DNA from: Desulfobulbus propionicus DSM 2032
Lineage (GTDB): Bacteria > Desulfobacterota > Desulfobulbia > Desulfobulbales > Desulfobulbaceae
DNA length: 32,000 nucleotides
Direction of reading: 5' to 3'
Assembly (NCBI RefSeq): GCF_000186885.1
Contig: NC_014972.1
Location: 3,510,001 to 3,542,000, forward strand
Shown here: positions 17,550 to 25,289 of the stretch, piece by piece
Position numbering within the stretch: position 1 is the first letter of the stretch
Layout: each line of letters begins with the position of its first letter
Program-made: the position numbers and the translations under genes
Notes under the pieces: model-generated
The model's input: the letters and a program-made list of their open reading frames with translations, nothing else
Told to the model about the DNA's origin: nothing
Databases searched by the model: none

Positions 17550-18248
17550 TCAGGCCATCAGTTCCCAATAAGGATACAGCGGTGGGAAGGCCGAAGCGAT
17601 ATCCACCCGTTCCATTTCCGCCGCGAGTTTTTCGAGCACGGCACGATCCCCGGCGGCCTCGGCGAATTCGTGCACGCCGTCACCGATTCCGCGCAGTGCG
17701 CGCAGGAGGTGGTCACTCATCCCGGACCGAACCGCCTCCACCGTGAACAGCGCGCGTAGGGACGGAAAATGAAAGTCCGCCGCGAACAGATCATGCTGCT
17801 CGGCGGGCAACCGACGCACCGTGGCGTTGATCCATTGGGTGAACACCCGTGAAAAGAGCATGCCAGCCTGCCCCTGCATGGCCTTGTATTCCGGGAACAG
17901 CCGCTCGGCGGGATGGGTCCGCTGCCGCTGGCGGACAAATTCGACAAATCCCAATGTGGAAAGCATGGGGTGCAGAGGGATGTCGCGGGCCACTGTTCCG
18001 GGACGCCCGTTCCAGGGCGCCCTTGCCGCGACATGCATGATCCACAACCCGTGTCGCTGCCGCACGTCGTTGGCGGTCAGCAAAAAAATCTCGTCGCGCG
18101 TGGTTCCGGAGCAGACGGAGATCAAAGGGGCCCAATAGTGGGACAGAAAACCGGCCTTCTGGAAGGCACGAAAATTTTCCCGGGCAAATAACAGCGCCAG
18201 CGCCTCAGGGGTGAAGGGTGGCATGGAGGTGTTCACTGCTTTTGCCAT
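17550..18248 (-). CDS. Degenerate tyrosine-recombinase (phage-integrase)-like catalytic-fold protein
   Basis: YWAPLISVCSGTTRDEIFLLTANDVRQ...RDIPLHPMLSTLGFVEFVRQRQRTHPAERLFPE...FTQWINATVRR...FPSLRALFTVEAVRSGMSDHLLRALRG follows the integrase catalytic-domain layout. Start 18248 or 18224. Confidence 0.5.
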   Translation of the reverse strand: MAKAVNTSMPPFTPEALALLFARENFRAFQKAGFLSHYWAPLISVCSGTTRDEIFLLTANDVRQRHGLWIMHVAARAPWNGRPGTVARDIPLHPMLSTLGFVEFVRQRQRTHPAERLFPEYKAMQGQAGMLFSRVFTQWINATVRRLPAEQHDLFAADFHFPSLRALFTVEAVRSGMSDHLLRALRGIGDGVHEFAEAAGDRAVLEKLAAEMERVDIASAFPPLYPYWELMA

Positions 18249-18907
18249 CGCACCGCGAGAAAAGCGCCGGCGTCTGGGGATAGTCGGCCGCCCCGGGTCT
18301 CTGTCGCCGGGATCAGATCCACGGGATCGTCCTTTTGAAAATGAATGGCGGTCTTGACCTGGCATGGGACGGGAACGAGAGAGCGCATTTCCTCCGGCGA
18401 TCTGAAACAAATTTCTTGGAACAAGGAATGGCCCTGTTCCGCCTTGCGCTTTCGCCGCGTCGCCCAGGGACTGCGACTATTGAGGGTGGTGACTACCACC
18501 GGGCCGCCCCTGCGGACGACCCGATTCAGTTCGGCAATGGCCTTGGCGGCATCGGCGACAAACTCAATCGCGGTCATGGAAAACACCCGGTCAAAACTGT
18601 TGTCGGCAAAGGGCAAGGCCCCCATGTCGGCGCACAGAGCGGTGAAACGAGGTCCCGCCGCCCGCTTCCGCGCCCTGTCCAGCATTGGCACCGACAGGTC
18701 CACTCCGATAACCATGGCCCCTCGATCAAGGACATCCCCGGTGAACAGACCGGTTCCGCAGCCGGCGTCCAGAATGCGTTCACCGGGTTGAGGGGCGAGG
18801 AATTCGAGCAGTAAGGCGGATTCGTAGATTTTGACCAACTGGCCTGTTGGGGTGTCGAACCAGCGGTCGTACTGTTCTGGCCAGGTGTCAAAGAGCGCGG
18901 TTGTCAT
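18233..18907 (-). CDS. Class-I SAM-dependent methyltransferase
   Basis: LEFLAPQPGERILDAGCGTGLFTGDVLDRGAMVIGVDLSVPMLDRARKRA...ALCADMGALPFADNSFDRVFSMTAIEFV: motif I and post-I typical. Confidence 0.92.
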   Translation of the reverse strand: MTTALFDTWPEQYDRWFDTPTGQLVKIYESALLLEFLAPQPGERILDAGCGTGLFTGDVLDRGAMVIGVDLSVPMLDRARKRAAGPRFTALCADMGALPFADNSFDRVFSMTAIEFVADAAKAIAELNRVVRRGGPVVVTTLNSRSPWATRRKRKAEQGHSLFQEICFRSPEEMRSLVPVPCQVKTAIHFQKDDPVDLIPATETRGGRLSPDAGAFLAVRWQKQ

Positions 18908-19676
18908 GGTTGTCCTCGGGTGGATGGCGGGCTTGCCAGGCGTCCTTTGCCGGCAGTTCGCACAAGCGGTGCGAACGTACCACCTCGATCATCCGGCCGA
19001 TCAGCTCGGAGTTGCTTTGGACGTGAAAAATATACCGGGGCACATTGCTTCCCGGCATTCGGGCCATGAACGGCTCGCCCCAAAAGCTCAGCAGGCATTC
19101 GATCCTGCCCACCTTCTCGATATCAGAGATGATCGCCGAAACTCCGCCGGCGATGGAGGTCCAGATCACCTCCTGCACCTTGGCCCGGCTGGGGCATTGG
19201 TCGATTTTCGGCATCACCTCCTTTTCCCAGAGGTCGCGGTCGGATTGATCGAGGATGAACTGGATCGAGTGAACGTTGGGATTTTCGATGGCTGTTTTGA
19301 AGAGGTCGTCGAACACCGCCTGGCGTTTGAACATCAGGGGACAAACGTGAAACCACAGCATTTCGTTGCAGGCATGATGAGAAAATTCCATCATCGCCTG
19401 GTGGATCTGCTGCGGGCCGATCAGGACCACGTCATGGGGCCGCAGCCGGGCCAACATTTCATTGAGGGAAAATTCCGTCCGCTGCAAACATTCCCCCAGA
19501 CGCTCCCCGTCACGCTCGCGGCGCAGATCGCGCAAAAACAGCAGGGCAATCAGCACCACCGCGATCATGAGCAGGACATCCGATTCCACCAAGTGGAGAA
19601 AATGCATGAGGATGGCCGCCACTGCGGCAATAATGCCGGCAATGGCATCCCAGTCGTATTTCAGATATTGTTTCAT
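18888..19676 (-). CDS. Membrane-anchored protein of unknown function (N-terminal TM hairpin plus about 200 aa soluble domain)
   Basis: AIAGIIAAVAAILMHFLHLVESDVLLMIAVVLIALLFLRDL, then an unrecognised domain (VLIGPQQIHQAMMEFSHHACNEMLWFHVCPLMFKR...LLSFWGEPFMARMPGSNVPRYIFHVQSNSELIGRM). Confidence 0.7.
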   Translation of the reverse strand: MKQYLKYDWDAIAGIIAAVAAILMHFLHLVESDVLLMIAVVLIALLFLRDLRRERDGERLGECLQRTEFSLNEMLARLRPHDVVLIGPQQIHQAMMEFSHHACNEMLWFHVCPLMFKRQAVFDDLFKTAIENPNVHSIQFILDQSDRDLWEKEVMPKIDQCPSRAKVQEVIWTSIAGGVSAIISDIEKVGRIECLLSFWGEPFMARMPGSNVPRYIFHVQSNSELIGRMIEVVRSHRLCELPAKDAWQARHPPEDNHDNRAL

Positions 19677-20007
19677 CGCAACACGTCGTGATGTTTCTCG
19701 TTGATGGTCTTGCCGAGCGGGCGATCACCGAAAACCTGGTCGTATCGCTGTTCGATTGCTTAAGAGTGGGTAGCCGAGCGGTTCAATGGTGTCAATGCCT
19801 TTTCGTGAAGCCCTCGGCGGGATTTGACGACGGAGCCCCTCCGCAGGTCGATCTCATTTTTTATTTCATTCCAACCGGCCAAAACGAATGATAGTTCTTA
19901 ATATCATTTATCCCTCATTTAACCAGCATTGCGACAGACGCCTGCTTGCTTATTGTGTAAAGCACAGGAACGAAAAAAGAGAATACGTAATCCCAATGGA
20001 GGATGTC

Positions 20008-20175
20008 ATGGTTGGATATGAATCGCTAGCTTGGATCAAGGACAAAAACGGAAAGGAATATGTCTGCCCGATTGATGCGCTCAAGGGCGACATTAGCGAT
20101 CGCGTTGAACTTAACGAGGACGAGCGGCGCGCATGCATGGACGTGAATCTGCTCATCGGCACCGAGCGCTGGTGA
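20008..20175 (+). CDS. Tiny conserved-looking protein, copy 1 of tandem pair
   Basis: MVGYESLAWIKDKNGKEYVCPIDALKGDISDRVELNEDERRACMDVNLLIGTERW; GGAGG just upstream of ATG 20008; clear paralog immediately downstream. Confidence 0.75.
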   Translation: MVGYESLAWIKDKNGKEYVCPIDALKGDISDRVELNEDERRACMDVNLLIGTERW

Positions 20176-20218
20176 GAAGTGCCACGTTAGTCAACCTCAA
20201 CATCACATGGAGGATGTC

Positions 20219-20419
20219 ATGGAATATTTGGAAAGAGACCCTGGAGTCAGGAACGTGGGATATGAGTCGTTGGTCTGGGTGCGGGATGACAAAGGCAGGG
20301 AGTTCAGTTGTTCCCTGGATGCAGACCGCGGAGGTATTCGTTCCATCAACGACTTAACCGCGCACGAGCGATCAACCTGCATGGATGTGAACGTGCTCAT
20401 CGGCACTGAGCGGTGGTAG
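20219..20419 (+). CDS. Tiny conserved-looking protein, copy 2 of tandem pair
   Basis: MEYLERDPGVRNVGYESLVWVRDDKGREFSCSLDADRGGIRSINDLTAHERSTCMDVNVLIGTERW; GGAGG upstream; 29/53 identical residues to copy 1 over the shared segment. Confidence 0.78.
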   Translation: MEYLERDPGVRNVGYESLVWVRDDKGREFSCSLDADRGGIRSINDLTAHERSTCMDVNVLIGTERW

Positions 20420-20450
20420 ACGCTCAGCGAGCCACATAATCTGTCAAAGC

Positions 20451-20478
20451 AAGGCCCCAAGCGGGCCTTACTTTTTTT
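20451..20478 (+). terminator. Rho-independent terminator after the tandem small genes
   Basis: AAGGCCC-caagc-GGGCCTT followed by acTTTTTTT. Confidence 0.85.
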
Positions 20479-20527
20479 GCCGCCTGCATTCCTGGCGCGA
20501 ACCGGCTCAGCCAGGCCGCCGCCCGGG

Positions 20528-21061
20528 TCAGAAATTGATCTTCACGCCCATGTTGACGGTATATCCGCTCACATCGATATGTTCACCCAGACCGCCATCC
20601 AATTCCTGGGAGCGATAAATCACCTCTCCGAACAGTTTGACGATCGGAAAGGGCACCCACTCGATACCGCCGCCCAGGTATCCCCCCAGACTCGAATCCA
20701 CGTCGTGGTGATCGGCATCGGCATAGATGAAGGACAGGCCGCCGAGGGCGTAAGGATTGATGGAGGCGTCGGGCAGCAGGTGCAGTTGCAGGCCCAGGTC
20801 CACCGGAACCATGGTGAGTTCGTCATCGTGGCCCAAATCGCTGTCTTCGGCAAGGTAGATTCGGCCGTCGAACCGCAGGTGATCGGTGAGCAGAGGCATG
20901 CCCAACCCGATGCCAGCACACCAGGTGCCTTCAGCATCGCCCTTATCCCAATAACTGCCAAATCCATAGAGGTCGAGTGCCGGAGCTGGTGTCCCGGTGA
21001 AGGCAATCAGACACCCGGCGCCAAACAGCAGGCCGACGATGGTTTTTTTTGTAATATGCAC
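20528..21061 (-). CDS. Small outer-membrane beta-barrel protein
   Basis: Signal peptide-like MHITKKTIVGLLFGAGCLIAFTGTPAPA, then alternating amphipathic strands and C-terminal aromatic residue (..SGYTVNMGVKINF). Confidence 0.75.
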   Translation of the reverse strand: MHITKKTIVGLLFGAGCLIAFTGTPAPALDLYGFGSYWDKGDAEGTWCAGIGLGMPLLTDHLRFDGRIYLAEDSDLGHDDELTMVPVDLGLQLHLLPDASINPYALGGLSFIYADADHHDVDSSLGGYLGGGIEWVPFPIVKLFGEVIYRSQELDGGLGEHIDVSGYTVNMGVKINF

Positions 21062-21253
21062 GGTATTTCGTTCAATTGAGGTGGAAAGATTGCCTCGCAG
21101 AGCTGTAAGAACGCATCAGAACTCTTTTGCCGTTCAAAATCATTGTCGGCAAGTCTTACGAAGGAGTGCCTATTCCGGTGGAAGCCGGCCACCTCTTCCA
21201 GTGATTCCGGCCACCCCGGTCGGAGCGTAGCGACGCGGTTGTTTATGGTGTCT

Positions 21254-22006
21254 CTACTTGCTGTCGTGTTGTTCTGTCAATGGGGTCTTTTTCCGCATCG
21301 ATCCTCCTTTGAGTTTCAGGGTGTGGGCATTGTGGACCAGTCGGTCAAGGATTGCGTCCGCCGTAGTGGGGTCACCAATGTGTTCATGCCAGTGCTCAAG
21401 CGGGAGTTGACTGGTGACCAGTGTGGAGCGCAGTCCATGGCGATCCTCTAAAATTTCTAAAAAATCATAGCGCTGTTCTCTGGTGAACGGCGCCAGGCCA
21501 TAATCATCGAGGATCAGCAGGTCGGTTTTGGCGAAGGTGGCCAGGAGCTTGATGTAGCGACCGTCGCCTCTGGCTAGGGCGAGATCGGCAAAGAGGCGTG
21601 CAACCCTCAGATACAGCACGCTGAACCCTTCCCGACAAGCGGTGTGGGAAAGGGCACAGGCCAGGTACGATTTGCCCACGCCGGTGGGACCGGTGATGAG
21701 CAGGTTCTGCTTCTGCTTGATCCATTGACAGGTGGCCAGTTGCAGCACCTGCGACCGGTCCAGGCCACGGGGGTGTTTGAAATCGATATCTTCAATAACC
21801 GCATTCTGCCGAAGTTTGGCTTTGCGGAGCCGGGCCTGCATTTGCCTGGTTTGACGGAGATCGGTCTCCCGGTCGACCAAAAGACCAAGTCGCTGTTCAA
21901 ACGACAACTCGTTGATCTCCGGCTGTTGCCATTGCTGCTTCAACGCCTGGACCATTCCACGCAACCGAAGTGATTCCAGTTTATCGAGGGTTGGATGAGT
22001 CAACAT
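21254..22006 (-). CDS. istB: IS21-family helper ATPase IstB
   Basis: LLITGPTGVGKSYLACALSHTACREGFSVLYLRVARLFADLALARGDG...LLILDDYGLAPFT...RHGLRSTLVTSQLPLEHWHEHIGDPTTADAILDRLVHNAHTLKLKG. Confidence 0.96.
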   Translation of the reverse strand: MLTHPTLDKLESLRLRGMVQALKQQWQQPEINELSFEQRLGLLVDRETDLRQTRQMQARLRKAKLRQNAVIEDIDFKHPRGLDRSQVLQLATCQWIKQKQNLLITGPTGVGKSYLACALSHTACREGFSVLYLRVARLFADLALARGDGRYIKLLATFAKTDLLILDDYGLAPFTREQRYDFLEILEDRHGLRSTLVTSQLPLEHWHEHIGDPTTADAILDRLVHNAHTLKLKGGSMRKKTPLTEQHDSK

Positions 22007-22015
22007 GGCGCCTCC

Positions 22016-23605
22016 TTACTGCAACGTGGGGTGGTAATAGTGAGGGCCGCGGATGTTGTCGTGAACCACAGGGCTCGGAGCCGCCACCTCCTCCTCATTG
22101 GCCTTGTCCAGACCGTTTTTGAGGATGGAGTCAATGCTGCGGAAAGAGACCGCACCGATGACCAGCGCCCGGCCGCAGGCCTGCTCCAGCCGGTCGTTGC
22201 CATAGCTCTTGCCTAAACGAAGAATGCCCATCAAGCTGCGATAGGCCTGTTGAGGATGCACGCGGGAGGCCAGGATTTTTTCGGTGAGTTGCGTGGTCAG
22301 TGGGCCGATCTTGGCTGCCCAGCGGAGAAACCGTTCCGGTGTCCACTGTTGATACTGCCGGTGCGCCGGCGGCATGTGCTCGGTTACCGTGGTGTGGCGG
22401 CCCTTGTCCCGACTGCGTTGATGACTGGCAACCCGTTGTCCCCGGTCAAAACATTCGATTACGGACGAGGTGATGCGGATGTCGAGCCGCTTTTTCACCA
22501 GCCGGGAGGGGACGCTGTAATAATGCCCGTCTACTTCGACGTGATAATCGATATGCACCGTGGCCTTCTTCCACAGAGCAAACTCGTACGGTGTGGCCGG
22601 CAAAGGCTTAAGGGCCGGTTGGTCGAGGCTGTGGAACAGGCTTTGGCGTGAACCGGGAAGTTTCTGGAAGGGTTTGGTGTTGAGTGCGTGCAGGTGTTGG
22701 CTGATGGCCTGGTTCAACTCCGCAAGGGAGAAGAACCGTTGGTGCCGCAGTTTGGCCAGGATCTGCCGTTCAACGATCTGAACCGCAGTTTCCACCTTGG
22801 CTTTGTCGCGTGGGGCGCGAACCCGGGCCGGCAGGACCGCCACACCGTACTGCGTGGCCATGTCCTGATAGGTGGGGTTCAACTCTGGCTCGTAGCGGCA
22901 GGTTTTGCTCACACCGCTTTTGAGGTTGTCAGGAACCACCACCTCTGGGACACCACCGAGAAAAGCAAAGCAACGAACGTGCGAACCGATCCAGTCCGGC
23001 AGTCCCTGGCTCCAGGTCGCCTCGCAGTACGTCAGGTTACTGGCTCCCAAAGTGGCGACAAAAATCTCTGCTTTGCGGATCTCACCGGTCTTGCCCTCCA
23101 ATACCTCCATGGTCTGACCGGCATAGTCGACAAACAGCTTCTCTCCGGCGCGATGTTCCTGACGCATCACCGGGTCGACGGTGCCCCGCCACCGTTCGTA
23201 CTGCTGACAAAACCAGCTGTATTGGCACCCCTCCGGATGCTTTTCTTTGTACTCCTGCCAGAGCAGGGCCAAAGTTACGCCTTTATGCCGCAGCTCCCGT
23301 TGTACTTCGACCCAATCGGGTTGCGGCAGGCTTTGTTGCCTTTCGGGGCTTACCGAGGGAAACAGTCGTTGCTCCAACCCCTTCTCATCCAGTCCGTCAG
23401 GCAACGGCCAGGAAAGCCCTGCAGCCTGGGCGCGCAGCAGGTAATCCGCCACCGTGCTCCGGCTCACCGACACACTCAAGGCCACCTCTCGATTGCTCAA
23501 TCCGTGGCCATACTTTAACCGCAGTATTTCGTAAATCTTGCGCATGGATAATCTCTCCGCCGGCATCTTGCCCTCCCGAAAAAAAGGAGACCAGATACCA
23601 GGCAT
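22016..23605 (-). CDS. istA: IS21-family transposase IstA (likely start about 23566, MPAERLSMRK)
   Basis: REVALSVSVSRSTVADYLLRAQAAGLSWPLP...GEKLFVDYAGQTMEV...FVATLGASNLTYCEATWSQGLPDWIGSHVRCFAFLGGVPEVVVPDNLKSGV...PARVRAPRDKAKVETAVQIVERQIL: DDE-type IstA signature. Confidence 0.96.
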   Translation of the reverse strand: MPGIWSPFFREGKMPAERLSMRKIYEILRLKYGHGLSNREVALSVSVSRSTVADYLLRAQAAGLSWPLPDGLDEKGLEQRLFPSVSPERQQSLPQPDWVEVQRELRHKGVTLALLWQEYKEKHPEGCQYSWFCQQYERWRGTVDPVMRQEHRAGEKLFVDYAGQTMEVLEGKTGEIRKAEIFVATLGASNLTYCEATWSQGLPDWIGSHVRCFAFLGGVPEVVVPDNLKSGVSKTCRYEPELNPTYQDMATQYGVAVLPARVRAPRDKAKVETAVQIVERQILAKLRHQRFFSLAELNQAISQHLHALNTKPFQKLPGSRQSLFHSLDQPALKPLPATPYEFALWKKATVHIDYHVEVDGHYYSVPSRLVKKRLDIRITSSVIECFDRGQRVASHQRSRDKGRHTTVTEHMPPAHRQYQQWTPERFLRWAAKIGPLTTQLTEKILASRVHPQQAYRSLMGILRLGKSYGNDRLEQACGRALVIGAVSFRSIDSILKNGLDKANEEEVAAPSPVVHDNIRGPHYYHPTLQ

Positions 23606-23626
23606 TATCCCGCGCCGCTACCCCCT

Positions 23627-23728
23627 CAATGAGGTGGCCGGATTCGACCGGAATCAGTGGCCGCTTTCAAACGGAATACCCGGCCGACTTGAAACGGAAT
23701 CAGTGGCCGGCTTGCTCCGGAATACGCA
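23627..23728. repeat. Array of imperfect 23-bp-period repeats at the IS21 istA-proximal end
   Basis: GGCCG cores at 23636, 23659, 23682, 23705 (exact 23-nt spacing); GGAAT starts at 23650, 23673, 23696, 23719. Confidence 0.8.
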
Positions 23729-23739
23729 AGCCCCTCCTT

Positions 23740-24675
23740 TTACGCCGCAACGGGGAGTTCATTTGCAGCGGAACCATCTTCCTGAACACCAGCAATCCCA
23801 ACCTTATCGAGGACAAAATCTGCAGCTTGCTGGGCTTTGGCAGCAGCGGTGAAGATGGCCTTGCTTTCGCCTTGGAGGATCTGCAGCCAGTGGTGGATAT
23901 ACTCCGGATGCCGCATGTTCTCAAAGGGGATGCCGGTGTGGGCACCAAGGAAGGCAGCGCCGATCTCGGCAACCAGTTCCTCGAAGGCATAGCCAAGATC
24001 ACCGAACCGGGTGCCGAACACCCGGTTCAACCGGTCGGGATGCCCGGTCCAATGGCAGATTTCATGGTAGCCAGTGGCGTAATAGAAATCATCATGCTCG
24101 AAGCTGGATCGATGCGGCAGAATCACCATATCCGGACCCGGCAGATAGCAGGCCTTGTTGCCGCCGTGCTTCAAATTCGGCAGAGCCAGGATCTGCTCCG
24201 CCAGTTGGTTGCATGCGTCCACATCCGGTGCATCATGTTCAACCAGCGGCGGCAGGTCCACCCCCTCGCACTGCTCCACATTGAACACCGTGTAGCTGCG
24301 GGCAAAGGGGATCAGCTTCCGCTCCTGTTCGTCATCGGTCAGTGCGTCCTGTGCCGCATCGCCGTCCCGGTCCCTGGCGGGCAGGAACTTCCAGAAAACA
24401 ATGGCCGCTCCTTTCTCACCCTTGCGGACATGGCCGCCCAGTTGCTCGGCATTGCGAAAGGTGAGCCATCGGGGATCGACATGACCACGGGCCAGCGCCA
24501 CCAGGTTGAGCAAGAGGACGTTCATCCCCCGGTAGGGCCGGTTGGTGAGCGCATTGCGGAAGGGTCCGTAATGAACCGTTTGCCAGGGCTTGGCCCAGGG
24601 ATTGACGCCGTCTTCCAGGGCAGTGATGATCTTGGCGGTGATTTCTTCGTAGATGGATATTTTTTGATTGTCCAT
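23740..24675 (-). CDS. ArdC-family antirestriction/ssDNA-binding protein with metallopeptidase motif
   Basis: MDNQKISIYEEITAKIITALEDGVNPWAKPW...FRNALTNRPYRGMNVLLL...ATGYHEICHWTGHPDRLNR (HExxH) ..YAFEELVAEIGAAFL. Confidence 0.9.
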   Translation of the reverse strand: MDNQKISIYEEITAKIITALEDGVNPWAKPWQTVHYGPFRNALTNRPYRGMNVLLLNLVALARGHVDPRWLTFRNAEQLGGHVRKGEKGAAIVFWKFLPARDRDGDAAQDALTDDEQERKLIPFARSYTVFNVEQCEGVDLPPLVEHDAPDVDACNQLAEQILALPNLKHGGNKACYLPGPDMVILPHRSSFEHDDFYYATGYHEICHWTGHPDRLNRVFGTRFGDLGYAFEELVAEIGAAFLGAHTGIPFENMRHPEYIHHWLQILQGESKAIFTAAAKAQQAADFVLDKVGIAGVQEDGSAANELPVAA

Positions 24676-24729
24676 AGTCTTGCTCCTTGGGTGCAGGGGA
24701 CGAACCCATCGGGTCGTCCCCAATGGGTG

Positions 24730-25209
24730 TCAGGCGCTGTGATGGCCGGTTTCGGAAAGGGAGAGGACCTCTTCGCCCACGATCAGATGATCGAGCACCC
24801 GAACATCGATCACCTTGAGGATCTCGGTCAGGGTGCGGGTGAGTTCCAGATCCTCCTTGCTGGGCTGGATACCGCCGGAGGGGTGATTATGGGCAATGAT
24901 CACCGACGCTGCATTGAGCGTTAGCGCCTCCTTGACCACCTCGCGGGGATGGACCGAGTTGCGGTTGATCGAACCCCGGAACATCTCCCGCCAGGCCAGC
25001 ACCTGATGCCGGCTGTCGAGAAACAGGCAACCGAACACCTCGTACTCCAGGCCGGTAAGCTTGAGCCCGATGGCCTCCTTGGCGGCGGTGGGCGACAGGA
25101 TCGCGGCCCCTCGCCGGAACTGATATCCGCTGAGCTTACGAGCTTCGGAGAGAATGGTTTCCTTGGGTGCGGGTTGATAATCGCCGCAGGGATCTTTGAT
25201 GTAGAGCAT
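24730..25209 (-). CDS. RadC-family JAB-domain protein
   Basis: FLDSRHQVLAWREMFRGSINRNSVHPREVVKEALTLNAASVIIAHNHPSGGIQPSKEDLELT..LKVIDVRVLDHLIVG: HxH-x7-S-x2-D type JAB motif. Confidence 0.93.
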   Translation of the reverse strand: MLYIKDPCGDYQPAPKETILSEARKLSGYQFRRGAAILSPTAAKEAIGLKLTGLEYEVFGCLFLDSRHQVLAWREMFRGSINRNSVHPREVVKEALTLNAASVIIAHNHPSGGIQPSKEDLELTRTLTEILKVIDVRVLDHLIVGEEVLSLSETGHHSA

Positions 25210-25289
25210 GTGTGCCTCCTATGGACGAGGCACAACAGCCCATCGGGGCAGTGTGCCCCGTCTGGGATTGGTTTGAGTGCAAATAGTGG

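Larger units (their letters stand above)
21167..23728. mobile_element. IS21-family insertion sequence, about 2.56 kb
   Basis: Contains istB and istA; left end TGCCTATTCCGGTGGAAGCCGGCCAC matches reverse complement of right end TGCGTATTCCGGAGCAAGCCGGCCAC. Confidence 0.85.

Noticed and set aside
19765-19790. tRNA-Ser-like string GTGGGTAGCCGAGCGGTTCAATGG
   Set aside because: Only resembles a D-arm; no acceptor stem, anticodon arm or T-arm could be assembled around it.
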